Of a DNA stretch of 64,000 bases, positions 40,061-47,368 are shown piece by piece (positions within the stretch are counted from its first letter, which is position 1; each line of letters starts with the position of its first letter). The stretch is from a virus: positions 1 to 64,000 of the IMG/VR virus record IMGVR_UViG_3300030333_006551, one strand, 5' to 3'. The notes under the pieces are model-generated. The model ran no database searches, was not told the DNA's origin, and saw nothing but the letters and a program-made list of their open reading frames with translations. The translations under genes and the position numbers were made by a program.

Positions 40061-40627
40061 ATGACCACAATCACTAGCGATCAATGGGATCTCATTGAAA
40101 AGAAGTACGGTAGACTCATTAGTAAGATCTGCCATAACATTACAGGCGATATTGCAATTGCCAATTACGACGATAACCTTCAAGACCTAAGACTAGCAGC
40201 TATGGAAGCAGTTAATGGCTTTGCAAGAAAAGAAGGATTAGAGTTCGATGAGTTTTGGGATACAGAAGGTTTTAATAAGTATCTCAAGACTTGCCTCTGG
40301 AACTTGAAGAACAAGAAAGGAGCCAATATCACGAAGAAGTATCCTGTAACCAAGAACACGGTGGATATTAATAAATTCGCGGAGATCTTGATAGACGAGA
40401 GACAAGATACTAGTGGTATTGATCTAGGTATATCTATCGACCAGATTGCTTATAAGTTTACAGATAGACAAAAGATAGTAGTAGATGCAATCACTAAGGA
40501 TCCAACACTACTAAAGCCTAATGGTAAGGTAAACATCAAGAAACTATCTGAACAACTGAATCTTACATGGTTAGAGATCAGAAAAGAGATTGTTTCCCTA
40601 TCTGAGATCCTCCAAAATAAACTATAG
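40061..40627 (+). CDS. RNA polymerase sigma-factor-like protein
   Basis: Region-2-like DDNLQDLRLAAMEA...F..YL...LWN and a C-terminal HTH; upstream TTGCTT...TATAAT promoter. Confidence 0.6.
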   Translation: MTTITSDQWDLIEKKYGRLISKICHNITGDIAIANYDDNLQDLRLAAMEAVNGFARKEGLEFDEFWDTEGFNKYLKTCLWNLKNKKGANITKKYPVTKNTVDINKFAEILIDERQDTSGIDLGISIDQIAYKFTDRQKIVVDAITKDPTLLKPNGKVNIKKLSEQLNLTWLEIRKEIVSLSEILQNKL

Positions 40628-40646
40628 GTCATAAAGGACCAAAGGT

Positions 40647-41396
40647 AAAAGTCAAATTAGAGAACCAAATATGATGTATTTTATATACGATGAGAACTAC
40701 TTAGATGAGAATGATGACTTCAATTATGTGATGTCCCCATGCTTCGAGAGCTTTGAGAAAGCAGCTAGTTATGGTATACGCCAAGCAATAAGAACAGACA
40801 AGAAGATAGTCACACTCATAACAGACCAAGGTATGATAATTACCTTCTGGAACCCACACCTAGAAGACCCACAAGAACCTGGACATAAGATGGGTACTAT
40901 CAATCATACCTTTAAGGAGTACCTACCCAAATGGTATAAAAGTTATAAGAAAAAGGAACAATTGAAGGATAAAATAGATCCTACTGATATTCCCGATGTC
41001 TGTCCTGAATTTGATGTAGATTAAATAAAAGGTACGATTTATTTAGAATCAATACATAAAAGTCAAATTACACATAGCATATATTATATAATATAAGTAT
41101 AGTGTATTGTTTTTGCTTTACCCAAACACACAAAATAATCTCAGTATGTCCGATATAAAAGTCAAATTAGAATTTAGTTGGAACTTTAATAAGCGCGATT
41201 GGAACGCTAAATTAAAACATTTCAATGAGTTTAAAGCAGAGTTAGAGAATAAGTCTGACTATGATCCTGTTAGTATGTTCTTCTTTCTTAATGATATGGT
41301 GTACCCTGAGCTAGAGCATATAGATGTAACACCCACTTAAGAAAAGTCAAATTAATACATACTTACATACAACTAACATATAAGAAAAGTCAAATT
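40647..41396 (+). repeat. Five direct copies of the 12-mer AAAAGTCAAATT
   Basis: Exact copies at 40647, 41058, 41157, 41342 and 41385. Confidence 0.85.
40671..41024 (+). CDS. Hypothetical protein
   Basis: ORF track. Confidence 0.5.
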   Translation: MMYFIYDENYLDENDDFNYVMSPCFESFEKAASYGIRQAIRTDKKIVTLITDQGMIITFWNPHLEDPQEPGHKMGTINHTFKEYLPKWYKSYKKKEQLKDKIDPTDIPDVCPEFDVD

Positions 41397-41465
41397 GATG
41401 TGAAATTATATCACCGATGGCCTATCATATAGTGGCAATGATCTGATAAGATCATGGTTATCTCC

Positions 41466-41501
41466 TAAGCACAATCATTTTATTTTAAATGATTGTGCTT
41501 A
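41466..41501. repeat. 15-bp perfect inverted repeat
   Basis: TAAGCACAATCATTT-TATTTT-AAATGATTGTGCTTA. Confidence 0.85.
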
Positions 41502-41553
41502 TTTATGTGTACACTCTGACTATAATAAGATCCCAAAGCTACCCTCTACCTAA

Positions 41554-41590
41554 GGCATCATTCTCAATTTAGAGAGTGGTGTCTTTTTTT
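41554..41590 (+). terminator. Intrinsic terminator at the end of the plus-strand block
   Basis: GGCATCATTCTC...GAGAGTGGTGTC followed by a T run. Confidence 0.55.
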
Positions 41591-41730
41591 ATCTCATTCT
41601 CAAATAATCTGATTTGCTCTAAACCATTGTCCCTACGGACTTTAGTTAGAACTTGCATTTACCATATATTTTATCATGCCAAGTTTAGATAATCAAGAAC
41701 AAAGTCCGATTTATTTAGAACCCGTTGTCG

Positions 41731-41780
41731 TAAGTCCTTGTCGATTCTACACTTATGGCGGGACGGGCCGCCCCGCGAAG
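41731..41780. repeat. Bipartite cassette-boundary repeat, copy 1
   Basis: TAAGTCCTTGTCGATTCTACACTTA + 11 nt + GCCGCCCCGCGAA. Confidence 0.9.
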
Positions 41781-41788
41781 GGGGAAAA

Positions 41789-41986
41789 TCAAGTCTTTTC
41801 TGGGTTTTTTCTAATGGGGGAGCATTGTTCGTCACAATCGTCACACCAGTAGGAATCCAATCTTTGCAGCCAAGAGGCTTTGTCCTCAAATCCGACTTCA
41901 TCGCGAGCACCGAGGGCATTCATAGGGAGGAACATGCTCCACTCTTGGCTCACATTCTCCCCGTTACACTTTTCACATATCCACAT
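41789..41986 (-). CDS. Small zinc-finger protein
   Basis: MWICEKC ... WCDDC; GGGGG RBS. Confidence 0.55.
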   Translation of the reverse strand: MWICEKCNGENVSQEWSMFLPMNALGARDEVGFEDKASWLQRLDSYWCDDCDEQCSPIRKNPEKT

Positions 41987-41994
41987 GATTCCCC

Positions 41995-42636
41995 CTAGTG
42001 AGATAGGAACTTGACGGTCTTTTGAGTGGTCCAGCATAGCGCACAGTCAGCACAGCTCTTGACCTTTCCAGTTTGCTCAGGGCAAACAAAGTGCTCACCC
42101 TCAAAGGATTCATCCGCAGCGAATAGGTGGTCCGCAGCATACGCTTTGTTCCGAGAGAATCGGATCACACAACGCTCAGAGAATCGGTTGTTGATGAGCC
42201 AGATGCGCTCACCGATGATGCTATCCTCTTCTCTAGCCGTATAGCCAAAGAGAGCCAGCTTGGGATATTCAAGTAGCATCTCTTCCCAGAACTTCACATA
42301 GTCCACAGAAAAGAAATCACCTAGAACATGCAGACGGATCACGATACCGTCCTTGTGCTTTTCCATGAGCTTATCTATCTCACGATGCAGAAAGAGGTCG
42401 ATGTTCTGGATCTTATAACGGTGTGCGAATGGCATGTTATCACCGTAGCAGTCGTTCCAATGATGGCAGGACTCGGGGCAAGTTGTCCTCTCTTCTAGGG
42501 TGAGAGAATATAGACGCTTCCCTGCCCACTTACCACGGGTAATGCGGAATCCTAGCTTTTTGTTGTTTGATCCAGGCTTGAGGAGACCAGTCCTAGGGTC
42601 CCGCAAGCTCTTCTGATATCGGCTCTTAGTCTTCAT
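41995..42636 (-). CDS. GP88-like Cys-rich (putative Fe-S) phage protein
   Basis: TCPESCHHWNDCY, IRLHVLGDF, GYT, CPEQTGKVKSCADCALCW. Confidence 0.7.
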   Translation of the reverse strand: MKTKSRYQKSLRDPRTGLLKPGSNNKKLGFRITRGKWAGKRLYSLTLEERTTCPESCHHWNDCYGDNMPFAHRYKIQNIDLFLHREIDKLMEKHKDGIVIRLHVLGDFFSVDYVKFWEEMLLEYPKLALFGYTAREEDSIIGERIWLINNRFSERCVIRFSRNKAYAADHLFAADESFEGEHFVCPEQTGKVKSCADCALCWTTQKTVKFLSH

Positions 42637-42643
42637 GGCGTAC

Positions 42644-42672
42644 ATTATATCAGGTCATCAGGGGTATTGCAA
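42644..42672 (-). promoter_or_regulatory. Sigma70-type promoter, leaderless transcript
   Basis: TTGCAA-17 nt-TATAAT, ATG 7 nt downstream. Confidence 0.75.
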
Positions 42673-42698
42673 CACAAAACAGGAAAAACTTTTCGCCG

Positions 42699-42752
42699 TA
42701 AGTGCTTGTGGATTCTACACTTACACGCGAACGCGCCGCCGCGCAAATGCGA
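42699..42752. repeat. Bipartite cassette-boundary repeat, copy 2
   Basis: TAAGTGCTTGTGGATTCTACACTTA + 11 nt + GCCGCCGCGCAAATGCG. Confidence 0.9.
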
Positions 42753-42767
42753 TTTGCAAGGATAAAA

Positions 42768-42848
42768 TGGTGGAGGTGCAGGGAATCGAACCCTGGTCCG
42801 AACGAGTGCCGTGTAGGCTCTAGCCCGTCGAAACTCCTTTACACCCCC
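42768..42848 (-). ncRNA. Minimal tmRNA-like RNA (tRNA-like domain only, 81 nt)
   Basis: GGGGGTG/CACCTCC-A-CCA with G3.U70, stemless D-loop ending TTCGAC, GGAC before the T-arm CAGGG-TTCGATT-CCCTG; only a short hairpin in place of the mRNA-like domain. Confidence 0.8.
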
Positions 42849-42853
42849 AAGGT

Positions 42854-43190
42854 AGGGTGGGCTAGATGTCGCCACCTAGCCAACTGGCCCGAGTTCAGAA
42901 CTCTTGCACCATCACCCCGAAGGGCGGGAGGCCACACTCAGCGGAGTGTTTCCGTTTACCATCTCTTTATAGGTGTGGCCTCCCTGCCTGTTCCCGAAGG
43001 CTACTCGCTTTCTTTTACTTCGTCCCTGATCAAAGGGCGAAGGTGGGGAGGGGGCTAGGCATAAAGTTTGCGATCACCCCTCTCCGAAGGTGGGGAAGGG
43101 GATAGGCTTCTATGGTTTGCATCACCCCTCCCCGAAGGTGGGGAGAGGTAGCAAGACGGTAAACCGCACTTTTACATGCTACCCCTCCCC
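42854..43190 (-). ncRNA. Array of small stem-loop RNAs separated by (A)CCTT(C) linkers
   Basis: Self-complementary units at 43140-43190, 43092-43133, 43045-43085, 42923-42988 and 42854-42918. Confidence 0.6.
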
Positions 43191-43196
43191 GATCAC

Positions 43197-43418
43197 TCAG
43201 CTAACCCCTTGGGTAGCCTTGTGGGCAGCCGTAGCTCCCTGATGCCTACCTGTCCACTCATCGGTGGGAAGAAGGCGACGAAGAGACTTGTAAGCCTCAA
43301 GCGCATGGTCAGACTCGTAAGAGCCCTGCTTCCAGAGGTCAGCGAACAGTTCGCCAACTTGAACGGAAAGACCTTGAATTTTGGCCTCCGTGGTGTTGTA
43401 CTCAAAAGATGAGCGCAT
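43197..43418 (-). CDS. 73-aa hypothetical protein heading the ncRNA cassette
   Basis: GAGGA RBS before MRSSFEY; promoter TGGACA...TATAAT at about 43488-43517. Confidence 0.55.
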   Translation of the reverse strand: MRSSFEYNTTEAKIQGLSVQVGELFADLWKQGSYESDHALEAYKSLRRLLPTDEWTGRHQGATAAHKATQGVS

Positions 43419-43527
43419 AGTGAAATCCTCTTGCAAGAGAGAAACTGAAGTGGGAGTAACTAACACAGACTCCCGATCTGTGAGCCCTATTATACCACGG
43501 GCTAGGTGGATTGTCCAGCGAAAAACG

Positions 43528-43836
43528 CTAGAAATAATACTCATCGGTTCCCATCCCAGCAGAGCCTAGGGCGTCATCATCAGCCCACTCATTGTCCCAC
43601 GGGTCAGACTCAGGCTCCTCCTCACCTCCGAAAACCTCATCTTGGCAGGACTGGCACATACCAGAGATCTGGTACTCCTTGCGGGACACATCATCCCTAA
43701 AGGATGTTGCAATGATGCCTTGGGCATCACAGGTTACACATGTGCCCTCACGGACACAGGTGGCACGGTCCTTGCCGTTGAAGATGATTTCAGAGAGGAG
43801 GGCGTCGATCTGCGGTGCTTTGTATGTCGGTTCCAT
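43528..43836 (-). CDS. Small Cys-containing protein with acidic tail
   Basis: CVTC ... SFRD..S.KEYQISGMCQSCQD; DDALGSAGMGTDEYY; leaderless promoter at 43844-43871. Confidence 0.65.
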   Translation of the reverse strand: MEPTYKAPQIDALLSEIIFNGKDRATCVREGTCVTCDAQGIIATSFRDDVSRKEYQISGMCQSCQDEVFGGEEEPESDPWDNEWADDDALGSAGMGTDEYYF

Positions 43837-43897
43837 GGAGACCATTATACCAGAACACAGGGGCGGATCAAGAGAAATTTTGAGAAACTTTTTGGCC

Positions 43898-43945
43898 TAA
43901 GTCCTTGTCGATTCTACACTTACGGAGGTTGCCGCCGTCGCCCAA
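43898..43945. repeat. Bipartite cassette-boundary repeat, copy 3
   Basis: TAAGTCCTTGTCGATTCTACACTTA + 11 nt + GCCGTCGCCCAA. Confidence 0.9.
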
Positions 43946-44052
43946 TCGGCCAATAGAGGCCAACTGAGGGGGGTTATTAGCTGATTCGAGCGTCTAACCA
44001 CATGAAAAGGAGCCCCATGCAGTAGACGAAGAGGATGAACCAGTAGGGACCT

Positions 44053-44382
44053 TCAAGCATTTCCGCGCATCTCTCTACCTTCTTCGGTGAGGGAGAACTT
44101 GAACTCCTCATCCTCGTCACACCAAGACATCTGCATAATGCCATCGTCCACCAGTTGAGAGAGGGTGAGGTCGATCTGGTGACTACCTGCCCTCTCTGTA
44201 ACTTCAGAGAGAAGCTGCTGAGAGCCTTCAGGGAAATCACGCAGAGCCATACGAGCAGCCCATTCGGAAAGCTCTCCAAGCTGGCCCGTGTAGGGCTGGC
44301 CCTCGATGTTCCACTTCTTCATCTCATCCGTGACGGGAGGATGATCGGGGATGGTGATGTATTCAGGTGTTTCAGGAAACAT
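44053..44382 (-). CDS. Hypothetical protein
   Basis: GGAGG RBS; coupled chain of ORFs. Confidence 0.55.
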   Translation of the reverse strand: MFPETPEYITIPDHPPVTDEMKKWNIEGQPYTGQLGELSEWAARMALRDFPEGSQQLLSEVTERAGSHQIDLTLSQLVDDGIMQMSWCDEDEEFKFSLTEEGREMRGNA

Positions 44383-44587
44383 AGGGAGGCTCCTCCATGT
44401 ATGAGAATTCTTTTTTGAGTTCGATCAGTTCGACAGCCTCAGCCACCTCAGCAGCGCAGAAGCCATCCCAGTACATCTCTGTCGCCAGAGGGCCATGCTC
44501 CACCATGTCGATACCAATCGACTGGCAGATGCGTTGAAACTCAGAGAGCTTCATTTCGAGGAAAGTATCCATCAGGAAAGACTCCAT
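44372..44587 (-). CDS. Hypothetical acidic protein
   Basis: Coupled chain of ORFs. Confidence 0.5.
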   Translation of the reverse strand: MESFLMDTFLEMKLSEFQRICQSIGIDMVEHGPLATEMYWDGFCAAEVAEAVELIELKKEFSYMEEPPYVS

Positions 44588-44763
44588 TCAGGGGTTGCGT
44601 TGTTTGCGTCAGCTTCCAGCTTCTCAGCCAGCTCCTCAGCGTAAAAGGTTTCGAGGTACTGCCTAGCCACCTTCTCAGGGTCAGGGCAGGGGAGGTTATT
44701 GTGATTGGTGGAAGTAAGGACACCGCAGAGATGCCAAGCGAACACATTGTCCGACAGTTCCAT
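44572..44763 (-). CDS. Hypothetical protein
   Basis: MELSDNVFAW; coupled chain of ORFs. Confidence 0.45.
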   Translation of the reverse strand: MELSDNVFAWHLCGVLTSTNHNNLPCPDPEKVARQYLETFYAEELAEKLEADANNATPEWSLS

Positions 44764-44780
44764 AGCGAGATTGAAGTAGC

Positions 44781-44924
44781 TCAAGCTACGACCTCGAAAG
44801 GGATGTCCCACACTCCGATAAGACCACGGAAGTAGGAGAGGAAGGAGGTAAGCTCAGACGCATCGCAGCGCACAAGCTCGTCACCCGTGTAGGGATTCTT
44901 GAGGAGGTATTGAGTTGCTTTCAT
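44781..44924 (-). CDS. 47-aa leaderless ORF
   Basis: ATG 7 nt after TATAAT (44932-44937); hand translation MKATQYLLKNPYTG. Confidence 0.45.
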   Translation of the reverse strand: MKATQYLLKNPYTGDELVRCDASELTSFLSYFRGLIGVWDIPFEVVA

Positions 44925-45180
44925 GGTGTCCATTATATCAGGTTTTTGGGAAATGTCCAGAACTTTCTGGGATTTATTTGCTCGCGTCGTAGCAGGGCTG
45001 GCAGATGAGGAGAGCCCACACTAGGCTATCGACCATGTGGGAGAGGGGGAATCGTCGGTCACAGCAGATACAGCGGACCATGTTGTCTTTGTCGCTCATA
45101 CATGTATAAGGGGCAAAACTCGGCAAACCGAAGGTGATTTCTCTGATTTCTTTTGGGTAATCCTAAGGTTTTTTTCGACC

Positions 45181-45234
45181 TAAGTGCTTGTCGATTCTAC
45201 ACTTACAGCGGGAGCTGCCGCCCCGCAAAATGCG
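45181..45234. repeat. Bipartite cassette-boundary repeat, copy 4
   Basis: TAAGTGCTTGTCGATTCTACACTTA + 11 nt + GCCGCCCCGCAAAATGCG. Confidence 0.9.
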
Positions 45235-45244
45235 GCTGTCAACA

Positions 45245-45618
45245 AAAAAACCCCTCGTTCGCAACCTTTTCTTTCCATGGATAAGTGCGTAGAAAAGAAG
45301 CGGGGCGAACCAGGGGCGAGAGGAAAAGGGAGAGAGAGGGACAGGGCTTAATGTATTACCTGCAAGGCTCCATGTTACTGGTTCTGATCACCTACGACAA
45401 ACGGCTATTGCCTTGACCATACCTCACGGATTTCCGCATCGGGTTCTGGCCTGTCTGCACTAGAGAGCAACAAAACTCTTATTATGCGACCCGCATCAGG
45501 ATGCCTCCCGATGCCTCTCCGAATTTCCAACCCCCTGAGAAGGATATCACTCCTCAGAGGCGCTCTGGGCCTAATGTCTATTTATACTCGCCCAGACGAG
45601 TGCCTAGCGTCCTAGGCA
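45245..45618 (-). ncRNA. Putative large structured non-coding RNA
   Basis: No ORF of 60 aa or more; consecutive hairpins at 45601-45618, 45564-45596, 45532-45560 and 45494-45515; long terminal hairpin plus T run at 45245-45316. Confidence 0.45.
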
Positions 45619-45830
45619 GTTAGGTAACGGTGATTACCCTTCGCCACATACTGGCGAGAACGCTTGTACTTGCGGTTCCAAGCGGACTTGGCTCCAGCAA
45701 GGGTGCCAACGAAGCTGTTGCTCCGTGTCGAGAGGTCGAAGATGGTGTAGACAGCGTTGCTGTCCGAACCAACCCGAACCATGACCGCGCTCTGGTTTGA
45801 GCGCACGATAGAAGTGATGTTGTTGAGCAT
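45612..45830 (-). CDS. 72-aa basic hypothetical protein
   Basis: AGGAG RBS; promoter TTGACC-17-TATAAT at 45869-45897. Confidence 0.6.
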   Translation of the reverse strand: MLNNITSIVRSNQSAVMVRVGSDSNAVYTIFDLSTRSNSFVGTLAGAKSAWNRKYKRSRQYVAKGNHRYLTA

Positions 45831-45893
45831 TTGCTCTCCTAGTAAGGGGTTTCGTTGAATGAGGGGCCATTATACCATGACCCCCCATGAAGG

Positions 45894-46286
45894 TCAAGCC
45901 TCAAGTGCGAGAAAAACATCTTCCTCGCTGATTTCCTTTCCGCTTGCAATATCCGAAGTGAGAGTAGACAAGGCAGCACGAAGCGCAGCCTTACGAGCCT
46001 TAGACACAGCGATCACCTTCTCAGCGTTAGCCTTCGCATTCTCAATAGATGCGATACGGGCCTCCGCCTTGGCGATGCGGGTGTCGAAGTTCTGCGGACC
46101 CTTAGAGAATCCTTTACGAGCCATAAGCTCGACCTTCTCAACCTCCTTGATCTCCTGAAGGAGAGGGGTGAGAAGCGGGTTAGATTTGGCCTCAGTCTCG
46201 GCCTGTTTGGCTTGCAGCTTGGCAAGCCGCGCCTCTGTCTCAGCGATAAGCTGATCGGGCGTTTTGCGTTTACGGGTTTCGTTCAT
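45894..46286 (-). CDS. Ala/Lys-rich coiled-coil protein
   Basis: Leaderless promoter TTGATC-16-TATAAT at 46294-46321. Confidence 0.65.
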   Translation of the reverse strand: MNETRKRKTPDQLIAETEARLAKLQAKQAETEAKSNPLLTPLLQEIKEVEKVELMARKGFSKGPQNFDTRIAKAEARIASIENAKANAEKVIAVSKARKAALRAALSTLTSDIASGKEISEEDVFLALEA

Positions 46287-46347
46287 GTGGAGCATTATAT
46301 CATAATCTGGAACGAGATCAAGACCTAATCCAAAGAAATATCGGTCC

Positions 46348-46401
46348 TAACCCCTTGTGGATTCTACACTTACGGCCAGCCGCGCCGCCCACCCAAATGC
46401 G
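46348..46401. repeat. Bipartite cassette-boundary repeat, copy 5
   Basis: TAACCCCTTGTGGATTCTACACTTA + 11 nt + GCCGCCCACCCAAATGCG. Confidence 0.88.
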
Positions 46402-46479
46402 ACATGCAAGAAAAAAAGGGGAGAGGATTGATGAAAGGTAGAGCCAGTAGCCTAACCTGAGGCCCCCTCCCCCCGAATG

Positions 46480-46803
46480 CTATGCCTCCATCGTGTTCCA
46501 CTCATCGTGGAGGTGGGAGTTCACGCAGATATCACGCTCGATACCTAGGCCCATGGGGAGACTGAGAGACTGAAGCTCAGAGAGGCTGAAGTAGCCCCAC
46601 TCTGCGCCACCGAAGCCCAGATCCACACGACCGAAGAAGAGCCAATCGCCCTCTGCATTCTCGGAGCCTTCGTAGACTTCCCAAGTGCCCACACCTACAG
46701 GGTTGAAGAACTTGACCACGATCTCTTTCTGATCGGTGGGGATGTCTTCGGTGGAGTAGAGAGGGGGAAGAGCCTTCTTGATTTTGTCTGTGAGTAGTTG
46801 CAT
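46480..46803 (-). CDS. DUF2958-family protein
   Basis: MQLLT....ALPPLYSTE, VKFFNPVG..TW...E, FFG.VDLG..AEWGYFSLSEL, IERD. Confidence 0.8.
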   Translation of the reverse strand: MQLLTDKIKKALPPLYSTEDIPTDQKEIVVKFFNPVGVGTWEVYEGSENAEGDWLFFGRVDLGFGGAEWGYFSLSELQSLSLPMGLGIERDICVNSHLHDEWNTMEA

Positions 46804-46894
46804 TAGAGAATACCTATAAGGGTGAGAATTGCGCCACTTGTGATGGCAAGAAAGAAAATTGCGCCTTCGATGGCGTCTCGTCTTGATCGGGTCA

Positions 46895-47104
46895 TTATCC
46901 GCGCTCCTTGTCGTTCCAGAAGTCTGCCCAGATCTCGCGCTCTTCACGCGCAAGCTCATCGCTGAGGTGCTGATACCAATCATCGTAGTCAGCATCTCCC
47001 ATCTCGGACTCGTCAGCCATGGCCTCTAGGACTTCGCGCTCCTCACGCACATCGTCCACCATGTCTCCTAGGATCTCGTTCCATTCTGTGCTGTGCTTGA
47101 TCAT
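46895..47104 (-). CDS. Highly acidic 69-aa protein
   Basis: Leaderless promoter TTGCAG-17-TATAAT at 47111-47139. Confidence 0.6.
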   Translation of the reverse strand: MIKHSTEWNEILGDMVDDVREEREVLEAMADESEMGDADYDDWYQHLSDELAREEREIWADFWNDKERG

Positions 47105-47128
47105 GGGTGTATTATACCTTGTTTGGAG

Positions 47129-47368
47129 TCAGTCTGCAAGAAATTTCTTGCGAATTTGGATAGCTCCACGGTGGTCCTGCCACTCACGCAGCAGTTCGTT
47201 CACCGTGATATCTTTGTCGAAGTGGATATCTTCCCAGACTCCACCTTCCACCTGCATTATCTCATGAGCAGAGGCTAGAGCCCCTGCATAGGTCATATGG
47301 AGGGTCTGAACCAGAACACCTTCATAGTCCTCACGAAGCTCAACAGTGTAGATTTCTCTGTTTTCCAT
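47129..47368 (-). CDS. Hypothetical protein
   Basis: Leaderless promoter TTGCCT-17-TATAAT at 47375-47403. Confidence 0.6.
   Translation of the reverse strand: MENREIYTVELREDYEGVLVQTLHMTYAGALASAHEIMQVEGGVWEDIHFDKDITVNELLREWQDHRGAIQIRKKFLAD

Noticed and set aside
42768-42848. Ordinary tRNA-Ala or tRNA pseudogene
   Set aside because: There is no D-stem and no 5-bp/7-nt anticodon arm, while the tmRNA-specific TTCGAC and GGAC elements are present
42645-43412. Track ORFs overlapping the ncRNA cassette (42645..42875, 42702..43058, 42866..43105, 43176..43412)
   Set aside because: They lack RBSs, give low-complexity translations of GC-rich hairpins, and overlap the repeat and the mini-tmRNA
45465-45492. 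dif-like site GGGTCGCATAA-TAAGAG-TTTTGTTGCTC on the minus strand
   Set aside because: The XerC-like arm is fair but the normally better-conserved XerD arm matches only about half; probably chance within a structured region
41731-46372. The 25-bp repeat as a CRISPR array (its reverse complement begins TAAGTGTAGA, like the 3' end of some Cas12a repeats)
   Set aside because: Copies are ~1-1.3 kb apart with genes between them, the TCTAC/GTAGA stem of Cas12a repeats cannot form, and no cas gene is visible
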